Below the pieces are notes generated by a model. That model did no database searches and was not told the origin of the DNA. It saw only the letters and a program-made list of their open reading frames with translations. From Zygnema circumcarinatum SAG 698-1b (taxonomy: Eukaryota > Plantae > Zygnematophyceae): a stretch of 64,000 nt of DNA. Shown here one piece after another: positions 54,930 through 64,000 of the stretch; position 1 is the first letter of the stretch, and each line of letters starts with the position of its first letter. The stretch is from assembly GCA_037447605.1 (NCBI GenBank), contig CM074805.1:3505361-3569360 (forward strand), read 5' to 3'. The position numbers and the translations under genes are program-made.

Positions 54930-57900
54930 ATGACTGAAGAGATGGATGAGCGCGCCAGAAGAGTGAAGAGCCTTTTGAGTTCCTACTATGGCACTGGTCT
55001 CCCTGACGGCGACGACGCCAGCGATGGAGCAGCATCAGAAGTGTCGTATGGGAGCCATGGATGGAGCCGGAGTTCTCCCATGCGCTCACCCGTGCGCTCT
55101 GATATCAATGGCAGGGGCTTCGACCACGAGCGCCATGTTTCACATTTGGTAAGCCATTTCAGAAGGTTAAATAGTTGATTTAAACGCAGGAAGATCATGC
55201 GTAGTGCCCGCATTAGGCATATCTATGCACATTTAATCGATTTTTCCTAAGTATTTGAAAATTGAAGGTGCTCTGGAAATTTTACGGTAAAATCTTATTG
55301 GAAAGGGATATTTAAAATGGACGAGATTTGATTAGCAATGGCCACACCTGAACAAAGAGCAACAAAACCAAACGAAGGGACGTCTTGTCTTTAATCCAAT
55401 ACCAAAAAGTGTCCTTGGTCCAATGTGCATCGGTGACCATGGCTCCAAATAGATTGACCCCGGGAAAAGCTGCAGCGGTGTACGTAGAGAAAGTGTTAAA
55501 GCCGGCATTATAGCGTGAAGTATGTTCTGATACCACATCGATGCCACACTTCTCGATTGCTAGAAAGTTGTACCCGATCAGAATCTTGAGAGGAGGTCAC
55601 AAATTATAGAACTGATTTATTTGAGATATTCTGGAATTCAAAGAAATGAAAAAGGAAGGGGGTGGAGAATGATCTGCGAATGAAGCTCCATATGAGACCT
55701 TTTGTTAGTTTCAAATGTCCATTTCATTTAACCGTCTTCGTTAAGACGGATGATCAAGAATGGATCTGTCACATTAAGGAGACTTTTTCTAATTCACCGA
55801 TTGTCAACATAACTTTGTAGCCTTCAAGCAACGGAATGTTCTCTTATGCATTTCGTATGTTTGGTGTAGCGGAATTCGAGTACTGTCTTTTGACTCTGGC
55901 TTTATGTATATACAGTTTTATTGGATTTTAAATTCACAAACACATCTTTTCACTCGTTTGTCGAGCTTGATCCAGAAAAGTTTATATCAAACGAGCGAAT
56001 TTCAAGTGATAAACGTGGTGGCATTTCTTGTTTGAGCGCCATTATGCAAGAGCTGTTTTTGTTCATTGAAGTGTTTTTCTTTCTATGGCTTTTGGTGCCT
56101 GTTTAGCATGAATATTTGATCACTGCGGATTGTCAAGGTATTGCTCTGGCTCAAATTTTATTTATTCAGATTACGGATGTATTGAACTTTTTTAAACGTG
56201 TGGCGGTGATTGGTGCTAAGGTGACCATCCCACACATTACGGCTTGATGCTATCTGAGACATAACCGGCATTTCCTGACCAATTGAAAGTGTTGAGCGTT
56301 GATCAGAGAATGATGTATGCTAAGGCATGCTACTTAACTGCTGCTTTCTTCGTCGTCTGCATTTGCAGATTCAGGAGTCTCGCATGGAGGACCTCCTGCA
56401 ACAGCACGTTGGATGGTCTGCAGAAATAAAGAACTTGGACAGCGATATGCAGATGCTGGTATACGAGAATTACAACAAGTTCATCAGTGCGACTGATACT
56501 ATCCGAAGGTAAGTCGGCTCTAGGAGGATGAAGAGAATGGCCTGAGATGTTTCCTTATGTTCATGAAGTTGATTGCTGAGTTAAATTCCAAAATTGCGTA
56601 TGTAATCATTCTATCCTGCCTAATGTAAACCAACTTGGGAGGCTTAGGGCTTACAAAAGTTAACTCACAAAGCACGAGCATCGAGTCCATAGGCACAGCC
56701 AGTTGATGATATACACGAATGTTCAACGTAGATATTACATGCCGGCATTTTGAAAAAGGAATGTGTCGATGTTCTGATAGTAATGCCTTCCCCTCTTCTT
56801 CTATCTGGGTGAAACTTTTAAGGATCGTTGCAAGAGGACAAGGGACAAGGGACCATGCAAAGTCCCGTGACTTTTTTAACTCGAGCAGTGCAAAATCTAT
56901 TTTTTGCTGGACTTCAGTGATCAATGCGAGAAACGTTGTTCTGCATATAGTCAGTTCTCGCATGCGAAATCTCATTATTCGCGCTGAATACGGCATGCAG
57001 GATGAAGGACAATGTTGCAGGCATGGAAGCCAGCATGGAAAAACTGCTTGAGACTGTGAGTATTCGCATTTCCTTCTCAGCTCAGGCCTACCCTCCCTTC
57101 CAGCAGATATTTTTTCCTTGGGTGTTCCTTTATAACTTGATAAATTGATCATTCAAAATATGTCTTCGTACCGTTTAGAGACATGCTGACTGCAAAAGAC
57201 GCTGTGGTCCTGGCACTTTTAACTTTTTTTGGAACATTGAGATGCATGTTCTGCACTTGAACATATTTTGGACATTTGGAAATGTTCTCTCAATGTCTTC
57301 TGCAGACTTGTGAGGATGGTAATTTCATGGCGTCAACATTGCCAAGCAGGGTCGAAGATGTGCCTCCAAAAAAGTATTTGGGGAGTGGAGCCGGGGCAGG
57401 TGACAGCTGTTCAAGCCAAAAGCGATGGTGTGAATGCATCACTCGGAGAAAGAAGGGAGCGCATTGAGCAGCTCAATGGCACTCGCAGCTTGCTGCGGAA
57501 AGTACAGGTAAGGCTCCGATTCCCCCTAAGGGATTGATGTGAGAAAGAACAGAACTGACCATGGAAGTAGTTTCATGTTTTCCATTTGGCGTACTCAACA
57601 GCAACGTTGTCCATTCTCTCCTACGCCATTAGACGCAATAAGCATATAAAGGGGCTGGATAAACACATGCTCTAGAAATTCTATCTCTGTCCTATGAGAT
57701 ATTGTAGGTCTAGGGTCTGTAAGGACCACTACTTGCGGACAATTTTTAGTGAGGTTGCTTGGATCAGCTATATCCCATGTCGTTGGGGATCTTTTAAAGA
57801 TAATGCTTGACATTCATACAGACATCTTTCTGTGCAGTTCATATTCGACCTTCCAAAGCGCCTGCGCAAGTTCGCAAAGGAACTCGACTATGGGGCAGCT

Positions 57901-60900
57901 GTGAAAGCCTACACTGGAGCACTGCCCATATTAGAGGTGAGTCTCTGTTGCATTCTTCAGTTTTTGGCATAGCATTATTGTAGTGGCTCTTTACTAAGGG
58001 TCAGAAGACGTCTTTTCGTGGTAGGTCCTAAGAGTGCTTAAGAAAGAAGAAAAGAGGAGATCGAATCAATGTTAAACATTGCCCATCTGAGGGAAAACCA
58101 AGTCAGCTCAGGTTTACCCACTCTATGACTAGTATTTTCTTCATCTATGGAATGCTGAAGGAGGCTAAGGCAGTTGCCATTTCAAACCCTGAACGCAGGC
58201 TTATGGAGATTCCTCCTTTCGCAATTGCAAAGAGGAGGCGGAGGAGGTGATTGATGGAATCACTCACAAGCTGCAGGTCTGTTCTTCCGATAGTCACCTC
58301 CAACCAGCATCATGAGGGATAATAGTTTTTGGCGATGAGCGGAAATGAAAACAAACAGCCTTTGTGGATTTTGTTTATACTCCCTAGACTGCAGCCCCAA
58401 TTTCCCTTTTTTTTTGGTTTTTGGAATGGGAGCAGGAGAGAGTGATGGCTGACAATGCGACGGCGGAGGAGCGATCAGAGGCTGCTGTGCTGCTGCAGGA
58501 GCTCAACGAGCCGGTAGGGGCAGGGCTCAGCTCAAATACTCTGTTGCTATGCCAAATAGTCTGAAATCCTGAAACGCCTGAAAGACATTTTAGGGTTTCA
58601 CAGACTTCAATGGTTTTACCATTTTGTAGACCAGAAAGAAGTGAACCCGGTCTGTGTTTTGCAGTTCGTTGTTCCGTGTCGGCTGTCATTCATCTGCTAT
58701 CACTGTTATATGCAGATCAGACACCGGATCTTTGGAAAGATAAGTTGGTGTAAGGGGTGAGGGTGGCAGGTGGAGAAGCTTATGGATGAGTATCTGGCAG
58801 CTCGCTGGGATCGACTGCTTGAAGCCTTACGAAAAGATACGGTGTGTGTCCTGCTCCATGTCCTATTGAGACCGAAAAGGCCTCTGCAAACCCTGGAGAT
58901 GGTCAATCCTTGTCACCAGACCGCTTTCATACTTTGAAAAGGTGGAGGAGTCTGACTGAGCTGGGTCAGGTTCTGTTTGTGAAACTTGTGTGTTGTTGAC
59001 AGGAATTCATAGGGGAGTTTGAGCGCACTGCGAGCACGTTTCGAAGAATATTTCCAATGGGCGAGCAACGATTGGTTGACGCCACGCAGGAGATCTTTAA
59101 CGAGTGCGCATTTACATAAAAGCCAAACAAAAACCCACAATCTGCCGAGGATCTTTGCAATTTTGTTGAATGCAAATTCAGCAACAACACACGTGAGCTT
59201 AGTATGCATGTTCAGACATGGCTGGGTTATGAGTGGTGCGATGGGAGGGTCTACGTGCAGATACTTCCCTTCAGTCCGTAGCGCCTTCATGAGAGAGGAT
59301 GGGAGTGGTCCGGCCGCAGCGGACCTTATTGTGGCCCTCAGTACGCACTCATGCACTGCATTAACTTATACACTAATCCAAATCAGTTTTTGACTTATTG
59401 AACTTACTGTTCCGCTTGGTGGAAGAAGGTAGGAAGGTTCCGCTTGGTAGGTTGACATTTTTGGGTCTGTCAATTCTGCAATTGACTTTTTGTGGATCTG
59501 TGGCAGGCTCATGCATTGTAAATGCATTTCTGACTAAATGCATCCGATGCATTTGATGAGTGAAATGAATGCTTCTGAGAGACATAGAAAGGAAATGGAA
59601 TGCAGAAAGGCTATCGCGGGATGTGGTTAGCATGGACCAGTTGGTGCCTGAAGCGAAGTTGCCAGAGAGGGCAACACAGGTGATTTGCTTTTATTTATCT
59701 GATTTCCCTGAAGCTTACTGAGTTGAAATCGAAACTCTAGACAAGCTGATTTTCTTTTCGTTGGAGTTAAACTATCCGTTTACCTTGCTGCACGATGTAG
59801 CCCATAGAAGTCTGGATGAATTTCAGAGTCGCACCGGTTATCCCTCTTCTCTGTTCAGATGCAAACAAATATTGCAAAGCAGTTTTTAGAGGTGGAGACC
59901 CCTTTTCACTTTCCACTTTCTTTTTCACCCATCTCCAAAAGAAACAAATAGTATTTTAGTCTGGGCAGGTAACTGTTAGGAGAGATACTCCGGCTTCGTC
60001 TTCCATGCTGATTGCCATAGCTGTGCTCCAATTGTTGGGCCTACAAACAGGCAGTTGAGACTGCGATGAGTGAACACGTGATCCACGCCTTCAACCACCT
60101 CGGCTCAAAGGTGATGGGTATGTAACCTTTCTTATTCTTCACCTTTTGACATACGTCGACTTGGATAGAAAGAAAGCTAGGTTTGAATCTTGATGTTCCT
60201 CCTAGACATAAGCTTGTCCTCAAGCGTTTACGTTTACTCTTTCTAAATTATATGCAGGAGTTTGCATGTAGAGTTGTGATGAACCACTGGGATTGAACTG
60301 GAGGGTGGAGCAGGGGCTTTGACAGCCATTGCAAGGCCCACCGGACGAGGAGGGAAGCTCACATCCATGGGCCCTAAACCCTTGCAGGCAGTCCTCGAAG
60401 CTGCCCATAGAAGCTTGTTGCAGGGAAGCCTGCACCTCCTGCAGGTGAACACTCTCTTTCATTTGTCACCAAAGAAAGGAGCAAGACCCCCATATATGTG
60501 GCAGCTGGAAACTGGATGGTTTCAACCCACTGGCCAGAATGACTCTTGCCGCCTATTTAAGCTTGAATCTCTCACTGGAGAAATCACCTGAAGCCTCTTA
60601 TCAAGAGCTCATATGCTGCATAGTTATCGTGAACCTTCAGTGTGGGAGATTGGAACTCAGTTAATCAATTTCGATGTTTTGGTCCGAATTTGCTGTCCGT
60701 TTCTTCCTCACTTTTCCACTTTTTTCTTTCCTGGTTAAGAGCGTCTAGTGTCTCGAAAGTTAGTAAGGTTCTTGGTGAAAATGCATACAACTTGGCTTCA
60801 ACGAAGATGACGTGTCTCTCCAAGGAAGTAGCGACGAGACACGTGAGACGACATTTGTTATGTGCTGCTTTAATCTTTGTACTTCAGAATGGCACCTTCA

Positions 60901-63665
60901 CGTGGAGATGTGAAGTCAACCCCTCCGCTATTTCATCATCTTCAGCTGATTCTCCCCACTTGCGCATGTGATGTGTAGGACTTGGCAGAGCTGCTTGATG
61001 ATTCAGTGGCTGTCCTGCGAGAGTGGCGAGCCGACTTTGTAGACCTCGTTCACTCGGAATTCAGCTCCCTCTTTCACTCCCTCAACGACCACTTCCTCTC
61101 CCTCTCTGACTCCCGTCCGGGTTCCGCCATCACCCCCTCCGCCATGGACTCGGGGGGTGTCGAACGCAGCCATGGCGGATCACAGAGCCCATTACCAGGA
61201 TTAGTGCTGCTTTTGGCTCGACTGGCCCAGAACATAGAGCAGACAGCTGTTCCTCGCGTCGCAGAGGTTAGTAATTCTGTCGAAAGCAGCAGGGGGACGT
61301 AGTGCATTTGAACTTCTTTCGGCTCATCTCATCAAACGGAACTGGTTTGTTCCCTAATTTGCAGGTTCTTGCACGCAAGTTCTATGGAGGGATGCCGCGA
61401 GGTACAGGATCGGAGGCAGCATTTGACCCGAAAGTCATTTGCAGGCAGCTGCGCGCTACAGCTGAGCTCCTGCTTCAGCAGGTGGGTGGGAAGTGATTCA
61501 GAGGGCCATGGCTCGTTGCAGTTGAAATGGAAATTCATTTACCTTGGAAATGGTGGGTTGAGTTGCTTGGTGAAAGCTTTACGAAGGAAGTATACCCCTG
61601 TTGAAACAACGGAGCTGAGTGCCTCTGTTACAAAGAGAAAAACAGAGATTCATGCTGGACTAGTTTGTTGAGGTAGCCTTCCTTGTGCTGACTCACGATG
61701 GGCTGCCTCGCCATGCAGTACGTTGACCTGCAAGCCCGGAAGCTGTCCCTTATGGTTGTCAAGAGCATCTCTACTCCAAACTGGTTAAAGGTGGCTGCAC
61801 TGCCCTTGCCCTTCCATAGAGCTCGGTCCTCACAACCTTGCATTTTCAGTGACTTAAGAGTTAAAGGAACGAACTGATTGCTGGGTTGCATGGCTTCTTG
61901 CAGCACAAGGAACCGAGGGATGTTCGCATGGTGGCCGACCTGTTGCTGCAAGAGGTACTTTGAAGGGCTCACGTCATACATATGGCAACAGATAATTTCT
62001 TCACTGTTTTAACATTCTGAAAATATTTTCAGGAATGCAGACGGCAGCTAGATGATAAGACCTGGAGACTCATCTGTGACTGGTTTGTGTCCCTAGGGAG
62101 TACAGAAATCCTATCGTCCAAATGTACATGCTGTATGAGCATCCATTCCTAGGCCGCAGTGTGCTTGTAGAATGATGAACATTGCTGTTCTTGGCAGGTG
62201 GACGCAATGGAAGATGCTGTAGAGCAGCTGCTTCCTCCCGGAGCCGATCGTTCCCTTTCATATAGACAGTCTAAGCATTCAAAGGAACCTGGAGGAGCAT
62301 ATGGGAGAGGACCTGCAGGAAAGGACGGAGGCCGCGCAGGAGAGACTAAGGCCAGCGGTCGAGCTCGCAGTCGCCTTTTGGAGAGGGATGTTGCAAAGCT
62401 GTTCACGCAGAGAGTGGAGCTTTTCACAAAGCTTGAGTTTACACAGGTCAGTGCAACTGCTGAACATGGATATGATGTCTGGGCTAGCAATAGCTGGGAT
62501 TGTTTACAGAGAATGTGAATCGAACATAAGAAAGAGCTGCTAGAGCTTTGTTTCTTGAACAGTCATCTCGATCTGCATCTGCATTCTGTTTTGTGTTATG
62601 TAAAGTTGAGTTGTGACTATCACGAATCAATAAGCATTGCTAACTTCTGAGGGAGTGTCCTGCTTTGGTCCTTCCTTCTACTATACATTTAGGTGGCAGT
62701 CCCAGGTCTTGCATAGGGACCTGGATGGGCTTGCACACCTGATTGAGATTCTACCATTCTGAATTTTGAGGAGTTCTGATGCAAATGCCCCTGAATTGTT
62801 ATCACGTTCATGTATGCTTACCGAAGTGCTTTTGGGGTTTTGCTCTCCGCTGTGCTGCAGACATGGGTTGTTTCCACAGTGGTGAAGATGTGCCTGAAGA
62901 CATTTCAGGAGTGCGTGAGGCTTCAGACATTTGGCAGAAGCGGGTTTCAACAGATCCAACTGGATATGCAGTACTTGAGAGACCCACTAAGGAGCTTTGT
63001 GGATAATGAATCCATAATTGACTCTCTGCTTGACGAGGTGACTCTCTGAACCCCCTCTTCATCTTTAGAGCTGAAGGTACCTCTGCTATCGGAGGTCTAT
63101 TTTTGGACTCTCCACTACTGTGAAGAATGTGCAATTCACGCCTTCGGAATAGCACTGAGCAGGACAGGACTTGAAGGAATTTCACTGTATATATTTCACT
63201 GGGTATGTCATCGTATTTAGAGTGGGCCACGCTAGTTGCGAACTCGTTTTTTGTTTTCTTTCCTGTTTACCTCCAATAGTGTGGGCCACACTAAATATGC
63301 ACTCTTGCAATTCGCACCATAGATATTTTGACCTTTCAGCAATTAGGGTGGGCCACTTTGATTATGTGCCGGCACAATTGTGTACCTACACTAATTGCGA
63401 CGAACGGTGCAGGAGTTAGAGGCTTGATTGGAGGTCTTGTGTGCTTCAGCAGAGAATTGAGGCATGAGCACTGTATGTACATGTTTGTCAGTTGTCAGTT
63501 TTCTGCACGTCAGTTTCCAGTTTTCAGTTTTTTTCATCGGGTCTGGTGCTGTCCCCATTGCAGGTGTGTGTGGCGGCTGCAGAGAGGTGCTTGGACCCGG
63601 TGCCTCTAGAGCCCGCCGTGATCGATAGGATAATTCAGGTTAAGCTGGTTAAGGGTACTTCCTAG
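54930..63665 (+). CDS. VPS51: Vacuolar protein sorting-associated protein 51 (GARP/EARP subunit)
   Basis: [116 protein letters not shown], with TAG ending at 63665. Confidence 0.95.
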
Positions 63666-64000
63666 GGAAGCTTCTGTACATCCCACATTGTTCTCGTTTC
63701 TAAATTTTGCCAAATCTGCTTCGTCCGATTGTGGCGGTCATTTCGCCTCATATTCAGATCGCATCTGATTCCCGATCAAGAGCCCTCCTTCCGCCGCTCC
63801 ACTTTAAATCATTCAGAATGAGAGTTCTTACATCTCATGTTGAAAAGATTTGGATGGAGCATAGTATACCTATTTTGTTTCTAGTTTATCATACGATAAT
63901 ATGATATGTCATATCATATAATACGATTCAAATGGTGTTAGCTTTTCAAGATTTTTGCATTTTAGTTTTTCTATTTTTTTTCTACGTTGAAAATAAAACA

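Overview
This is eukaryotic, intron-rich DNA from a green plant lineage. Gene content and protein similarity point to a streptophyte (a non-seed plant or charophyte alga); the exact taxon cannot be fixed from this window. I reconstructed nine spliced protein-coding genes by hand: a plastid-type pyridoxamine 5'-phosphate oxidase/GluTR-binding-like FMN split-barrel protein (minus strand, runs off the left edge), RPA-interacting protein, SCYL2, an hnRNP-Q/R-like protein with three RRMs plus a C2H2 finger and a dsRBD, a muscleblind (MBNL)-like protein, a CASP-like protein, squalene epoxidase, a CRTAC1-like FG-GAP/ASPIC-UnbV protein, and VPS51. The standout is the MBNL-like gene at 31969-37751, which the ORF track mostly misses. 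It encodes six CCCH fingers in three MBNL-type tandem pairs, and a dense YGCY cluster (the MBNL recognition motif) lies in its probable 3' UTR, suggesting an animal-like MBNL regulatory or autoregulatory system in a plant-lineage genome. Intergenic regions hold a self-nested inverted Tc1/mariner-type MITE, a decayed hAT-like transposase fragment, a dispersed TIR-like repeat near gene starts, G-tract tandem repeats at 5' ends, an ABRE/G-box cluster in a bidirectional promoter, and a pre-miRNA-like hairpin. All exon coordinates and family assignments come from manual reading and recall, not from database searches.
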